Assembly (NCBI RefSeq): GCF_003010495.1
Contig: NZ_CP027570.1
Span: 840,001-872,000 of the forward strand
Length of the DNA stretch: 32,000 nt
From: Megasphaera elsdenii DSM 20460
GTDB taxonomy: Bacteria; Bacillota; Negativicutes; Veillonellales; Megasphaeraceae
Reading direction: 5' to 3'
Shown here piece by piece: positions 9,531 to 19,147 of this stretch. The notes beneath the pieces were generated by a model. The model saw nothing but the letters and a program-made list of their open reading frames with translations. It ran no database searches and was not told the origin of the DNA. A program made the translations under genes and the position numbers. How positions within the stretch are numbered: the first letter of the stretch is position 1; every line of letters begins with the position of its first letter.

Positions 9531-11044
9531 CCGCGGATTTCATTCATCATCTTTTCCAGATGCTCCTTGAAATGGCTGTCCTTGTCGATTTTTTTCCGGA
9601 TCTGGGAGCAGGCATGCATGACTGTCGTATGGTCGCGGCCGTTGAAGGCTGTCCCGATATGGGGATAGGTATTCCCCGTCAGTTCACGGCACATGTACAT
9701 GGCAATCTGCCGCGGCAGAGCGATGTCCTTGGTCTTTTTCTTGCCCATCAGTTCTTTATAATTGATGTTATAGTGCTGGCAGATATAGGTCGTGATTTCA
9801 TCGATGGTGATGTATTTCTTCTCATCCTGGGCATCCGTAATATAGTGGATGGCATGCTTGACCAGGGGCAAAGTGACGTTGCTCTTGGATTGTGACGCTT
9901 CCAGGAGGACACGGATAAAGGCGCCGTGCAGTTTACGGATATTTTCACTGACATTGGCTGCGATATAATTGAGGGCATCCAGGTCGCAGGTGATATTTTC
10001 TTTTTCAGCCCAGGCCCGCAAGATGGCCGTGCGCGTTTCCAGATCAGGCGGTTCGATCTGGGTGACCATGCCGTTTTCAAAGCGCGAACGCAGGCGTTCT
10101 TCCAATTTTTTGATATCCCGTGGCGGCCGGTCGCTGGTGAAGACCATCTGCTTTTTGTCCTGGTAGAGCTTATTGAAGGTGTGGAAAAATTCTTCTTTCG
10201 AGCTTTCTTTATCGCCACGGCCCAGGAACTGGATGTCGTCGACGAAGAGGACGTCGACGTTGCGGTAACGGCGGCGGAAGCTTTCCGTGTTCTTGTCCTG
10301 GATACACTGGATAAATTCGTTGACGAAGTCTTCGCTGGTGATACAGAGGAGACGCATATTGGGGAAGTTCTTCAGCAGTTCGTGACCGATGGCGTGCATC
10401 AGGTGTGTCTTGCCCAGGCCGCTGCCGCCGTAGATGTAGAAAGGATTCCACTTCTGGGCCGGTGCCGCTGCAATGGACTTGGCCACGGCCGTAGCGACGC
10501 GGTTGCTGTTGCCGACGATGAAGTTATCAAAGGTATAATCTTTATTTAAATTATTATTATAAGGGGTTTCATCGGGTTTGACGGGAACGGCTTCTTTGAC
10601 GATGGGCATCGGAGCCGTATTGTCGTCACTGATGGGCAACTCAGGCTGGACCCATTCTGTCTGTCCTGACGGGACGGAGTGCGTATCCGGGACTACAGTT
10701 TCCGTCGGTGCAGGGGTGGCAGCCGGCTTGGACGGCAGAGTAATGGTTTCGGCGACGGCTTCGGACTGGCTTTCCCCGGCAGGTTTCTTTTCCTGGCTTG
10801 TGATCAGCTGGACCCGCGTCGGGCGGCCGATGGCGTCTTGGGCGACCGTCTCCAGGATGTCCGTATATTTTTTGCTGACGTAATCGCGGAGAAAATTCGT
10901 CATCGTGTCCAATATGAGAAGATTCTCTTCTTCAGAATAAGAGTAGGGAATGATGTTGCCTTCAAACCAGTTGGTAAAAATCTCTTTGGGCAAGACTTGT
11001 TTCAGGTTAGCCAGCATTTTTTCCCATAAGCTGAGCAGGTCCAT
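9518..11044 (-). CDS. dnaA: chromosomal replication initiator DnaA
   Basis: I take the ATG at 11044 (MDLLSLWEKMLANLKQ...), preceded by GGAAGGA. Walker A GGSGLGKTHLMHAIG, Walker B VDVLFVDDIQFL, and C-terminal DNA-binding IAMYMCRELTGNTYPHIGTAFNGRDHTTVMHA. The track's extra 44 N-terminal codons run into the DnaA boxes and are rejected. Confidence 0.97.
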   Translation of the reverse strand: MDLLSLWEKMLANLKQVLPKEIFTNWFEGNIIPYSYSEEENLLILDTMTNFLRDYVSKKYTDILETVAQDAIGRPTRVQLITSQEKKPAGESQSEAVAETITLPSKPAATPAPTETVVPDTHSVPSGQTEWVQPELPISDDNTAPMPIVKEAVPVKPDETPYNNNLNKDYTFDNFIVGNSNRVATAVAKSIAAAPAQKWNPFYIYGGSGLGKTHLMHAIGHELLKNFPNMRLLCITSEDFVNEFIQCIQDKNTESFRRRYRNVDVLFVDDIQFLGRGDKESSKEEFFHTFNKLYQDKKQMVFTSDRPPRDIKKLEERLRSRFENGMVTQIEPPDLETRTAILRAWAEKENITCDLDALNYIAANVSENIRKLHGAFIRVLLEASQSKSNVTLPLVKHAIHYITDAQDEKKYITIDEITTYICQHYNINYKELMGKKKTKDIALPRQIAMYMCRELTGNTYPHIGTAFNGRDHTTVMHACSQIRKKIDKDSHFKEHLEKMMNEIRGVDN

Positions 11045-11124
11045 AATAATCCTTCCAATCTGTGCGTAAAATTGTGCGTGACATAGAGTGTACCATATAA
11101 AGTGTATATGTGTATAGCCTGAAT

Positions 11125-11249
11125 TGTGGATAAAGGGGATAAGGGGGACACAAAAAGGCGGAAAGACGATAATCATCGAATTTCCGAGGGCTTATCCACT
11201 TATCCACAAAATGTGGATAGATTGTTGACAACTTATTTATCTATCCACA
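11125..11249. promoter_or_regulatory. DnaA-box cluster upstream of dnaA (second half of bipartite oriC / dnaA autoregulation)
   Basis: Perfect boxes at 11125-11133(-) and 11200-11208(+). One-mismatch boxes at 11192-11200(+), 11212-11220(-) and 11241-11249(+). Confidence 0.8.
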
Positions 11250-11343
11250 TTTTACAACAAAACCGAAATTATGGGAAGAAAATTTTCTTGGAATACTTAT
11301 ACAGAAGGTATACGCAAAAAGCATAGGGCTCAAAAAATGGGAC

Positions 11344-11372
11344 TTGACAGCCAGAAGCTGGCTTACTATAAT
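11344..11372 (+). promoter_or_regulatory. consensus sigma-70-type promoter for rpmH-rnpA operon
   Basis: TTGACA (11344-11349), exactly 17 nt spacer, TATAAT (11367-11372). Lies 58 nt upstream of the rpmH start. Confidence 0.7.
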
Positions 11373-11429
11373 TAACCTGTTATGGTGTAAATTCATTTAC
11401 TGTCAATGACGACAAAGGAGGTGTCTAGC

Positions 11430-11564
11430 TTGAAACAGACATATCAGCCGAATACATTGTGGAGAAAGAGAACTCATGGCTTCCGCGAAAGAATGAAGAC
11501 AAAAGGCGGCCGCATGGTTTTGAAAAAACGCCGCATGAAAGGCAGAAAGAAACTCTCTGCTTAA
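11430..11564 (+). CDS. rpmH: 50S ribosomal protein L34
   Basis: Below the ORF-track size cut-off. TTG start 7 nt after AAAGGAGGTG. The 44-aa product is [44 protein letters not shown], the L34 signature. Confidence 0.95.
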   Translation: MKQTYQPNTLWRKRTHGFRERMKTKGGRMVLKKRRMKGRKKLSA

Positions 11565-11577
11565 TTATTACGAGATA

Positions 11578-11616
11578 AACAGAAAAGTTCCGGATGGCGG
11601 AATTTTTCTGTTTTTC
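11578..11616 (+). terminator. strong hairpin with short T-run between rpmH and rnpA (partial terminator/attenuator)
   Basis: 15-bp stem AACAGAAAAGTTCCG (11578-11592) / CGGAATTTTTCTGTT (11598-11612), loop GATGG, followed by TTTC. Confidence 0.55.
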
Positions 11617-11639
11617 TGGCATTTTTAGGACAATTACGT

Positions 11640-11993
11640 ATGTATGAACTAACAAAAGAGCAACGGCTGTGCAAAAATCATGAGTACCAGCTCGTATACC
11701 GCCGCGGCAAGTCGTATGTCAACCGCCGCGTCGTCCTGTACGTCCTGCCGCGCTCACCGAAACAGCCGACCCGGATTGGTTTCGTAACGGGTAAGAAAAT
11801 CGGCTGCGCTGTCGAACGCAACCGCTGCCGCCGCCTGATGAAGGAAGTCTATCGCCTGCACCAGTTTGAATTGCGCGATGGTTTCGACTTGGTCCTCATC
11901 GGCCGCAGCAGTTTAAAATACGCCGGATACAAAGACGCAGAACACAGCATCCTGCAGTTATTCCGGCATGCCAGGGTATTAAAGAAGAAGTGA
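11640..11993 (+). CDS. rnpA: ribonuclease P protein component
   Basis: 117 aa, basic. Motifs KNHEYQLVYRRGK and RIGFVTGKKIGCAVERNRCRRLMKE (RNR motif). Follows rpmH. Confidence 0.93.
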   Translation: MYELTKEQRLCKNHEYQLVYRRGKSYVNRRVVLYVLPRSPKQPTRIGFVTGKKIGCAVERNRCRRLMKEVYRLHQFELRDGFDLVLIGRSSLKYAGYKDAEHSILQLFRHARVLKKK

Positions 11994-11999
11994 TGACAC

Positions 12000-12209
12000 A
12001 TGAAACGGTGTTTCATAGCCCTTATCCGGTTTTACCAGTTGTTCATATCGCCCCTTCACCGGCCGTGCTGCCGGTTTTATCCGACTTGTTCTGCTTATGC
12101 CGTCGAGGCCTTGCAGAAGTACGGTGCTGTCAAAGGGAGTTATTTGGCACTAAGGCGCATTTTAAAATGCCATCCCTTTCACAAAGGCGGATATGATCCG
12201 GTACCGTAG
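12000..12209 (+). CDS. yidD: membrane protein insertion efficiency factor YidD
   Basis: 69 aa. Motifs [25 protein letters not shown] and [15 protein letters not shown]. Confidence 0.93.
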   Translation: MKRCFIALIRFYQLFISPLHRPCCRFYPTCSAYAVEALQKYGAVKGSYLALRRILKCHPFHKGGYDPVP

Positions 12210-12245
12210 ATCCCTATTTTTACAACTGAACAGGAGTTGAGCGTA

Positions 12246-12935
12246 TTGGGCTTTTTCAGTGGAATAATGGATGTCCTCAGCGGTATTATGACGACATTCA
12301 TGAATTACTGCTATGCATTTACCCAGAATGTAGGCTATCCGAGCTATGGCGCTGCCATTATCATGCTTACTTTGATCATCAAATTGGTTCTGGCACCGCT
12401 TACGGCGAAACAGATCCGTTCCATGGAAGGCATGCAGACCTTGCAGCCTAAGATCAAAGAATTACAGAAGAAATATAAGGGCAATCAGAAAAAGATGCAG
12501 GAAGAAATGACCAAACTGTATCGGGAAATGGGCGTCAACCCCTTGTCGGGCTGTCTGCCGATCCTCATTCAGATGCCATTCCTCATCGCTATTTTCTATG
12601 CTCTCCGGGAATATCCCTATGACCCGGCTTTCGAAAGCTTCTTATGGCTTCCCAGCCTGGGCCAGCCGGACCCCACATATATCATGCCGGTACTGTCGGC
12701 AGTTTCGACTTATTTCATCCAGAACCAGATGTCCGGTGCGCAGGTAGCGGCTTCGGATGCACAGGCCAAGCAGCAGAAGATCATGAAGATCGTCATGCCC
12801 TTGTTCATCGGCTGGATCAGTTTGAATTTCCCCAGCGGCCTGGTCATTTACTGGGTTGTTTCTAACGTATTCCAGTGGGCACAGCAGTACCTCATGACCC
12901 ACCTCAAGAAAAAAGGAGCACGATCAGAAGCATGA
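12246..12935 (+). CDS. yidC: YidC/Oxa1-family membrane protein insertase (short Firmicutes type)
   Basis: Motifs YGAAIIMLTLIIKLVLAPLTAKQIRSM, GCLPILIQMPFLIAIFYAL and NFPSGLVIYWVVSNVFQWAQQ. The start is uncertain. The track's TTG at 12237 abuts AGGAG, so the TTG at 12246 (9-nt spacing) or the ATG at 12267 is more plausible. Confidence 0.88.
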   Translation: MGFFSGIMDVLSGIMTTFMNYCYAFTQNVGYPSYGAAIIMLTLIIKLVLAPLTAKQIRSMEGMQTLQPKIKELQKKYKGNQKKMQEEMTKLYREMGVNPLSGCLPILIQMPFLIAIFYALREYPYDPAFESFLWLPSLGQPDPTYIMPVLSAVSTYFIQNQMSGAQVAASDAQAKQQKIMKIVMPLFIGWISLNFPSGLVIYWVVSNVFQWAQQYLMTHLKKKGARSEA

Positions 12936-13723
12936 GTACCATCGAAACTACAGGAAAAACGATTGAAGATGCCGTCCGTTCCGGCCTGGTACGTCTCGGC
13001 AGAATGAAAGATGAAGTCGACATCGAAGTCTTGGAAGAACCGAAAAGCGGCTTTTTCGGCTTCGGCAGCAAGCCGGCTAAGGTACGTATCACCGAAAAAG
13101 AAGGCGTACCCGTCGTCCCGGCTATGGAAAGCCAGCTGGAAGAAGCCGAAAAAACGGCGGCTCCGGAAGCTGCCGAACCGGCTGTCCGCGTAGAAGCAGA
13201 AAGCCTTCCTCAGGAAGATACGGTACTGGCTGTACCGGAAACGGCCGAAGCTGCTGAAGAAGCCTTCACGGCAGAAGAAGCAGCGGCTAAGGCCAAAGCC
13301 TTCCTCCAGGAAGTCCTCAAGAACATGGGCATCGACGTCGTCATCGAAAAGATGATCAAGTCCGATAAAGTCCTGCTTCACCTGCATGGCAAGAACCTGG
13401 GCATCCTCATCGGCAAACACGGCCAGACCCTGGACGCACTCCAGTACCTGACCAACTTGACGACGAACCAGGGGGAAACGACGCGTCATTTCATCATGCT
13501 CGACGTCGAAAATTACCGCCATCGCCGCGAAGAAACGCTGAAACAGCTGGCTATCCGCCTGGCGAACCGCGTCAAAAAGAGCGGCGACCGCGTTGTCCTG
13601 GAACCGATGAACGGCTATGAACGCAAGATCATCCACGTGACCTTGCAGAACGATCCCCAGGTCCGCACGGAAAGTGAAGGCCAGGATCCCTATCGCCACG
13701 TCGTCATCTATAGCCAGGAATAA
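12932..13723 (+). CDS. jag: Jag/KhpB RNA-binding protein (Jag_N, KH, R3H)
   Basis: ATG at 12932 overlaps the yidC TGA (ATGA) and follows AAAGGAG. Motifs IETTGKTIEDAV, KH GILIGKHGQTLDALQYL and R3H ERKIIHVTLQ. Confidence 0.9.
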   Translation: MSTIETTGKTIEDAVRSGLVRLGRMKDEVDIEVLEEPKSGFFGFGSKPAKVRITEKEGVPVVPAMESQLEEAEKTAAPEAAEPAVRVEAESLPQEDTVLAVPETAEAAEEAFTAEEAAAKAKAFLQEVLKNMGIDVVIEKMIKSDKVLLHLHGKNLGILIGKHGQTLDALQYLTNLTTNQGETTRHFIMLDVENYRHRREETLKQLAIRLANRVKKSGDRVVLEPMNGYERKIIHVTLQNDPQVRTESEGQDPYRHVVIYSQE

Positions 13724-13745
13724 GTATTTAGTTTATGGATTATAT

Positions 13746-13777
13746 AAGGAGCTGTCACATCGAGGCAGCTCCTTTTA
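13746..13777 (+). terminator. weak hairpin after jag
   Basis: AAGGAGCTG (13746-13754) pairs with CAGCTCCTT (13766-13774). Only TTTT follows, part of it inside the stem. Confidence 0.35.
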
Positions 13778-13800
13778 GAATATGAAAGGAGTATTGACCT

Positions 13801-15177
13801 ATGTACGATACGACCGATACGATTGCGGCCATTGCCACTCCTTTGGGGGAAAGCGGTATCGGCGTCATCCGTATCAGCGGCAGCCATGCTTATGCGGTCG
13901 GCGACGCCATTTTCCGCAGTCCTTCCGGAAAACCCCTGGCCCAGCGCCGGGACCGTTCCATCCAGCATGGTCTCGTCGTCGCCGATGACGGCCGCCCTGT
14001 CGATGAAGTACTGATGCTCATCATGAAGGGCCCCCATTCCTATACGGCAGAAGACGTACTGGAAATCCAGTGCCACGGCGGCCGCAAAGCCCTGGAAGAA
14101 ATCCTCAGCCTGGTCCTGGCCCACGGCGCCCGTCTGGCCAATCCCGGAGAATTTACGCAGCGGGCTTTTGTCAACGGCCGCATCGATCTGGCCCAGGCCG
14201 AAGCCGTCATGGATGTTATCCAGGCCAAGAGCCGTCAGGGCCTGACCAGTGCCGTCAATCAGCTCGAAGGCCGCCTGTCCAAGGTCATCGGCGCCATGCG
14301 CCATGAGCTGACCGATTTCATTACCCGCCTGGAAGTGACTATCGATTATCCTGAAGAAGACCTGGAAGACATTACGGTCCCCGATGTAGCCGGTGCCATC
14401 CGCAAGCAGCTGGCGTCCCTCGATGAGATGCTGGAAGCTTCCCACGATGGCCGCATCATTCGCGACGGCGTCATGGCCGCCATTGCCGGCACGCCGAACG
14501 CCGGCAAGTCGAGCCTGCTGAACCGCCTGCTCCAGGAAGACCGGGCCATCGTCACCGACGTGCCGGGGACGACGCGGGACGTCCTGGAAGAATGGATTTC
14601 CCTCAAGGGCGTCCCGGTCTGCCTCGTCGATACGGCGGGTATCCGGGAGACCGATGATACAGTCGAAAAAATCGGCGTCACCAAGGCCAAGGCCTACATG
14701 GATAAGGCCGATATCATCCTCGTCGTCATCGACAGCTCGCGGCCCCTTTCCGAGGAAGACCGGGCCATCCTGGAGAACACGAAGGAGCGAAATGTCCTCA
14801 TCGTCCTCAATAAGAGCGACTTGACGCCTGTCGTTGCGGAAAAAGACCTGGGACAGTATGGTCATCCCGTCCTGTCCTTGTCGGCCGGCACCGGGGAAGG
14901 CCTGGAAGCCTTGAAAGAACAGCTCCTGTCCCTGGCGTTGTCCCATGCCGATACGGCCGGCAGCGCCCTGCTCACCAACACGCGCCATATCGAACTGGTG
15001 CGCCAGAGCCGGGAAGCCTTGAAACGGGCCCTCGATTCCATCGAAGCCGGCATGCCTGTCGACTGTGCCGTCGTCGACCTGCGCGAAGCCTGGGACCTCT
15101 TGGGTTCGATTACTGGCGATACCGTTCACGACGATATGGTCGAAGAAATATTCAGCCGATTCTGTTTAGGTAAATAA
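13801..15177 (+). CDS. mnmE: tRNA modification GTPase MnmE
   Basis: 458 aa. G1 GTPNAGKSSLLN, G3 DTAGIRET, G4 NKSDL, and the C-terminal FCLGK (C-x-GK) motif. Confidence 0.96.
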   Translation: MYDTTDTIAAIATPLGESGIGVIRISGSHAYAVGDAIFRSPSGKPLAQRRDRSIQHGLVVADDGRPVDEVLMLIMKGPHSYTAEDVLEIQCHGGRKALEEILSLVLAHGARLANPGEFTQRAFVNGRIDLAQAEAVMDVIQAKSRQGLTSAVNQLEGRLSKVIGAMRHELTDFITRLEVTIDYPEEDLEDITVPDVAGAIRKQLASLDEMLEASHDGRIIRDGVMAAIAGTPNAGKSSLLNRLLQEDRAIVTDVPGTTRDVLEEWISLKGVPVCLVDTAGIRETDDTVEKIGVTKAKAYMDKADIILVVIDSSRPLSEEDRAILENTKERNVLIVLNKSDLTPVVAEKDLGQYGHPVLSLSAGTGEGLEALKEQLLSLALSHADTAGSALLTNTRHIELVRQSREALKRALDSIEAGMPVDCAVVDLREAWDLLGSITGDTVHDDMVEEIFSRFCLGK

Positions 15178-15189
15178 AGGGGTGGAACT

Positions 15190-17079
15190 ATGTTTGTAGT
15201 CGATACATACGATGTCATCGTCATCGGTGCCGGTCATGCCGGCTGTGAAGCGGCCCTGGCCAGTGCCCGTCTGGGCGCCAAGACCCTGATGGCGACGTTG
15301 AACTTAGATAATATTGCCCTCATGCCCTGTAATCCCGCCGTCGGTGGTCCGGGCAAGAGCCATCTCGTCCGGGAAATCGACGCCCTGGGCGGGGAAATGG
15401 GCATCAATACGGATAAGACCTGCCTCCAGATGCGGATGCTCAATACCGGCAAGGGACCGGCTGTCTATTCGCTCCGGGCCCAGTCCGATAAGAAGATGTA
15501 CCAGCTGGCCATGACCAAGACCCTGGAAAACCAGGAAAACCTCGATGTCAAGCAGCTCATGATTACGGATCTCCTCGTCGAAGACGGCGCCGTCATCGGG
15601 GTCCGGACGGAACTGGACGAAGTCTATAAAGCCAAGTGCGTCATCCTGGCGACGGGGACCTACCTCAAGGGGAAAATCATCATCGGCACCTGCACCTATT
15701 CCGGCGGCCCCATCGGCCAGCGCTCGGCCGAAGACCTGTCGGGGTCGCTCCTCAAGGCGGGCCTCAAGCTCATGCGCTTCAAGACAGGGACGCCGGCCCG
15801 CGTCGACCGCCGCACCCTGCGGACGGACGAAATGGCCAAACAGGAAGGCGATAAAGACGGCCATGCCTTTTCTTTCCTGTCGGAACGCAAGGACCGCAAC
15901 AAAGAATGCTGCTGGCTGACTTTCACCAATGAAGAAACGCATAAGATCATCCGCGACAACCTCGATCGGGCGCCGATGTGTAACGGCATCATCACCGGCA
16001 TCGGCCCGCGTTACTGCCCGTCCATCGAATCGAAAATCGTCCGCTTTGCCGATAAGAAGCGGCATCAGTTGTTCATCGAACCGGAAGGTGAATCGACGGA
16101 AGAAATGTACGTCCAGGGCATGAGCACCAGCATGCCCGCTGACGTCCAGTACGCCTTCCTGCGGACCATTCCGGGCCTGGAAGATGTCAAGATCATGCGT
16201 CCTGGTTACGCCATCGAATACGACTGCCTGGATCCGACACAGCTCACACCATGGCTGGAAACGAAGAAGATTTCCGGCCTCTTCTCGGCAGGCCAGGCCA
16301 ACGGCACCAGCGGCTACGAAGAAGCGGCTGCCCAGGGCCTCATGGCCGGCATCAACGCGGCCTTGAAGATACAGGGGAAGGATCCGTTCATCCTGACCCG
16401 TTCTGAAGCCTATATCGGCGTCCTCATCGACGACTTGGTCACCAAGGGCACGAATGAACCGTACCGCATCATGACCAGCCGCAGCGAATACCGCCTCATC
16501 CTGCGCCAGGATAATGCCGACCTGCGCCTGACTCAGAAAGGCTACGATTTGGGCCTGGTCACGCAGGAACGGTACGACCGTTTCTCGGCCAAGAAAGAGG
16601 CTATCGAACAGGGCATTGCCGCCTTGAAAGAGATTTCGGTCACGCCGTCCAAGGCCAACCTGGAAAAACTGGAACGCCTGGGTACGGCACCGATTCACAC
16701 GGCTATTACGGCCTATGACCTCCTGCGCCGCAATGATGTCGATTATGAAGCCTTGCGGACGGTCTTCGACCTGCCGGAACTGGCTGCCGATGTGGAAGAA
16801 GAAATCGAGATCATGATCAAATACGAAGGCTATATCAGCCGTCAGATGGAACAGGTTGAAAAGATGAACCGCCTGGAACAGAAGAAGATGCCTGCCGACA
16901 TCGTCTATGCCGATATCGATACCCTGTCGGCCGAAGCCCGGCAGAAACTAGACGAAATCCGGCCCTTGTCCCTGGGCCAGGCCAGCCGTATCTCCGGCGT
17001 CTCGCCGGCGGATATCACGGCCCTGCTCATCGTACTGGAACAGCACAGCCGGGAGGAAAAAAATCATGTTTCGCAGTGA
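15190..17079 (+). CDS. mnmG: tRNA uridine 5-carboxymethylaminomethyl modification enzyme MnmG (GidA)
   Basis: 629 aa. FAD fingerprint [16 protein letters not shown], plus GPRYCPSIE and [15 protein letters not shown]. Confidence 0.97.
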   Translation: MFVVDTYDVIVIGAGHAGCEAALASARLGAKTLMATLNLDNIALMPCNPAVGGPGKSHLVREIDALGGEMGINTDKTCLQMRMLNTGKGPAVYSLRAQSDKKMYQLAMTKTLENQENLDVKQLMITDLLVEDGAVIGVRTELDEVYKAKCVILATGTYLKGKIIIGTCTYSGGPIGQRSAEDLSGSLLKAGLKLMRFKTGTPARVDRRTLRTDEMAKQEGDKDGHAFSFLSERKDRNKECCWLTFTNEETHKIIRDNLDRAPMCNGIITGIGPRYCPSIESKIVRFADKKRHQLFIEPEGESTEEMYVQGMSTSMPADVQYAFLRTIPGLEDVKIMRPGYAIEYDCLDPTQLTPWLETKKISGLFSAGQANGTSGYEEAAAQGLMAGINAALKIQGKDPFILTRSEAYIGVLIDDLVTKGTNEPYRIMTSRSEYRLILRQDNADLRLTQKGYDLGLVTQERYDRFSAKKEAIEQGIAALKEISVTPSKANLEKLERLGTAPIHTAITAYDLLRRNDVDYEALRTVFDLPELAADVEEEIEIMIKYEGYISRQMEQVEKMNRLEQKKMPADIVYADIDTLSAEARQKLDEIRPLSLGQASRISGVSPADITALLIVLEQHSREEKNHVSQ

Positions 17080-17776
17080 ATTAGCACAGGCCCTGAAGGC
17101 CATGGACCTCAGCGTATCAGAAAGCCAGCTGGCACAGTTCTGCACCTTTGACGAAGCTTTAGTCGAAACGAACAAGGTCATGAACCTGACGGCCATTACC
17201 GATCCGAAAGGCGTCGCCATCAAGCACATGGCCGACAGCCTGTCCTGCTATGACCCGGCTTATTTCAAAGATGGCGCCAGCGTCCTCGATCTGGGGACCG
17301 GTGCCGGCTTTCCCGGCCTGCCCCTGCTCATTTACCGGCCGGATCTGAAGGTGACCTTCTTCGATTCCCTGCAGAAGCGGCTGACTTTCCTGGAAAAGGT
17401 CGTTTGCGATTTGGGACTGACCGCTTCGTTCCTCCACGGCCGGGCTGAAGAAATGGCCCATAAACCGGAATACCGCAGTGCCTTCGATATCGTCACCAGC
17501 CGGGCCGTGGCCCGCCTGAACATCCTGGCCGAATGGGCCCTGCCTTACGTCCGGACCGGCGGCTATTTCATTTCCCTCAAAGGGGCCCAGTATGAAGAAG
17601 AACTGGCGGAAGGCGAAAAAGCCCTGCAGATCCTGGGCGGCAAAGTCGCCGAAGTCCGGCCGGTCCGCCTGCCAGGCCTGGACGATGTCCGCGCTGTCCT
17701 CTATATCGAAAAAGTAAAGGAAAGCCCCAAGAAATATCCCCGCAAGCCAAAGATGGCTGCGAAAAATCCCTTATAG
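17066..17776 (+). CDS. rsmG: 16S rRNA (guanine527-N7)-methyltransferase RsmG (GidB)
   Basis: 236 aa. SAM motif [15 protein letters not shown]. Overlaps the mnmG end by 14 nt. Confidence 0.95.
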   Translation: MFRSELAQALKAMDLSVSESQLAQFCTFDEALVETNKVMNLTAITDPKGVAIKHMADSLSCYDPAYFKDGASVLDLGTGAGFPGLPLLIYRPDLKVTFFDSLQKRLTFLEKVVCDLGLTASFLHGRAEEMAHKPEYRSAFDIVTSRAVARLNILAEWALPYVRTGGYFISLKGAQYEEELAEGEKALQILGGKVAEVRPVRLPGLDDVRAVLYIEKVKESPKKYPRKPKMAAKNPL

Positions 17777-17793
17777 AGAAAGAAGTGTACGCT

Positions 17794-18939
17794 ATGTCTT
17801 TGAAAAAAATCCTCTGTCTGGCCGCTGCGGCCTGCCTGACCGTATCGGCTGCTGTCTTTGCCGATACACCGCAGCCGCCTGAAATCAGTGCTCATGCTGC
17901 CTATGTCATGGATGCCGATACAGGCGACACGCTCTATGCGAAAAATGCCGATGACCGGGCCTATCCGGGCAGCACGACGAAAATCATGACCTGCATCCTA
18001 GGCGTCGAACTGGGAAAGGCACAGGGTAAATTGGATCAGCCTATCAACATTACGAAAGATGTCTACGATATCGAAAGCGATGCGTCCGTCCTGGGTATCG
18101 ACCCGGGCGACCAGATTACCCTGCGCAATGCCATGACCGGTATGATGACTGTATCCGGCTGTGATGCCACCATTGCCGTCGCCGAAACGGTTACGCCGAG
18201 TCAGGCCGATTTCGTCGCCAAGATGAACGAAAAAGCAGCCGCCCTGGGCTGTACGAATACTCATTTCGCTAATCCCCATGGCCTGCCGGACAGCGACCAC
18301 TATTCGACAGCCCGCGATATGGCGACGATGGCCGCTTACGGCATGAAACTGCCGGAATTTCGCGATATGGTCAGCCACAGTGAATACGACATGCCCTATA
18401 TCAACGGCGGCTCCAAGCACTGCACGACGACGAACTATTTCCTGACCAGCGGCTTCCCCGGTGCCAACGGCATCAAGACCGGTACGACCAATGCCGGCGG
18501 TCCCTGTCTGGTCGCATCGGCTACGCAGGACGGCCGGACCGTCATCGCCTCTATCATGAATTCGGACGACCGCTTCGGCGATGCCCAGAAACTCATGAGC
18601 TATGGCTTCTCCGTACTGAAACCGGTCGAACCGGCAGAAAACGTCTATATCCTGCGCCAGGCACCGGCAGGCCAGACCTTGTCGGATATCAAGGAAAAAC
18701 AGGCCCAGGCTGCTGAATTAGCTTCCCAGCAGAAGAAAGAAGCAGCCACGGCGGCAGCTTCTACGGCTGCGGCCAAAGCACCTGCTAAAGCAGATACGGC
18801 CGTAAAGACAACGGCTGCGACAGTGGCTAAAACGGCAGCTAAGACGACGGTGAAGACCGCTGCCAAAGCGGATACGGCTAAGACAAGTAAGCCGGCTGTT
18901 TCCAGCCAGCCTTACGTTCCCTTTTCGCCGGCCGCCTAA
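17794..18939 (+). CDS. D-alanyl-D-alanine carboxypeptidase (peptidase S11, PBP5-like) with Ala/Thr/Lys-rich low-complexity C-terminus
   Basis: I prefer the ATG at 17794 (MSLKKILCLAAAACLTVSAAVFA, a signal peptide). Active-site SxxK in YPGSTTKIMT and a KTG box in GIKTGTTNAGG. The last ~70 aa are A/T/K repeats (TAAKTTVKTAAKADTAKT). Confidence 0.85.
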   Translation: MSLKKILCLAAAACLTVSAAVFADTPQPPEISAHAAYVMDADTGDTLYAKNADDRAYPGSTTKIMTCILGVELGKAQGKLDQPINITKDVYDIESDASVLGIDPGDQITLRNAMTGMMTVSGCDATIAVAETVTPSQADFVAKMNEKAAALGCTNTHFANPHGLPDSDHYSTARDMATMAAYGMKLPEFRDMVSHSEYDMPYINGGSKHCTTTNYFLTSGFPGANGIKTGTTNAGGPCLVASATQDGRTVIASIMNSDDRFGDAQKLMSYGFSVLKPVEPAENVYILRQAPAGQTLSDIKEKQAQAAELASQQKKEAATAAASTAAAKAPAKADTAVKTTAATVAKTAAKTTVKTAAKADTAKTSKPAVSSQPYVPFSPAA

Positions 18940-18948
18940 AAAAGGATA

Positions 18949-18977
18949 TTGACAATCTCTGTCCATATTCGTATAAT
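18949..18977 (+). promoter_or_regulatory. consensus sigma-70-type promoter of the riboswitch-MFS transcription unit
   Basis: TTGACA (18949-18954), exactly 17 nt spacer, TATAAT (18972-18977). Confidence 0.7.
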
Positions 18978-18993
18978 AAACGCATCAGCAGAT

Positions 18994-19068
18994 CCGTACA
19001 GGACTGACGGAATCAAGTGGAGTCACCACGTGAACTGTACGGACCCTTTCATGCCGACCGTCTGGGCA
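18994..19068 (+). promoter_or_regulatory. ZTP (ZMP/ZTP, pfl-motif) riboswitch aptamer
   Basis: P1 CCGTACAG (18994-19001) / CTGTACGG (19035-19042). Conserved GACTGACGGAA (19002-19012). P2 GTGG/CCAC (19017-19020 / 19026-19029). 3' subdomain ATGCCGACCGTCTGGGCA (19051-19068), in which CCGTC (19058-19062) is complementary to GACGG (19006-19010), forming the pseudoknot. Confidence 0.75.
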
Positions 19069-19113
19069 AGAGTATGCTACATATTCTTGAGCCAGGCGGC
19101 CGGTATTTTTTTT
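19052..19113 (+). terminator. intrinsic terminator forming the riboswitch expression platform
   Basis: 5' arm TGCCGACCGTCTGGGC (19052-19067) pairs with GCCAGGCGGCCGGTA (19091-19105). The stem extends inward as AAGAGTAT/ATATTCTT and is followed by T8 (19106-19113). The 5' arm contains the pseudoknot strand, so ligand binding and termination are mutually exclusive. Confidence 0.75.
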
Positions 19114-19147
19114 CGCCAGCCTGGCTCCTCATAAGGAGTGTTGTCTA

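Noticed and set aside
11045-11176. N-terminal extensions proposed by the ORF track for dnaA (to 11176), the DUF721 gene (to 6974), the YaaB-like gene (to 6124), the symporter (to 29326) and jag (from 12875).
   Set aside because: The extensions lack an SD and overlap upstream genes or DnaA boxes. Internal ATG codons with good SD sequences give N-termini that match the families.
11225-11253. TTGACA at 11225-11230 (+) as a second rpmH/oriC promoter.
   Set aside because: No acceptable -10 hexamer lies 16-18 nt downstream (CATTTT), and the site is embedded in DnaA boxes. The consensus promoter at 11344-11372 is far better.
13708-15129. Very long antisense ORFs opposite well-supported genes: 13708-15129(-) vs mnmE, 15304-16698(-) vs mnmG, 22633-24444(-) vs fruA, 24938-26404(-) vs ptsI, 12848-13699(-) vs jag, 19373-20467(-) vs the MFS gene, 694-1692(+) vs the CBS-domain gene, and 1767-2549(+).
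   Set aside because: Their translations are low-complexity (rich in D, G, R, A, F) with no recognisable motifs or RBS. The opposite frames carry unmistakable family signatures. They are a typical stop-codon-depleted shadow frame in GC3-rich genes.
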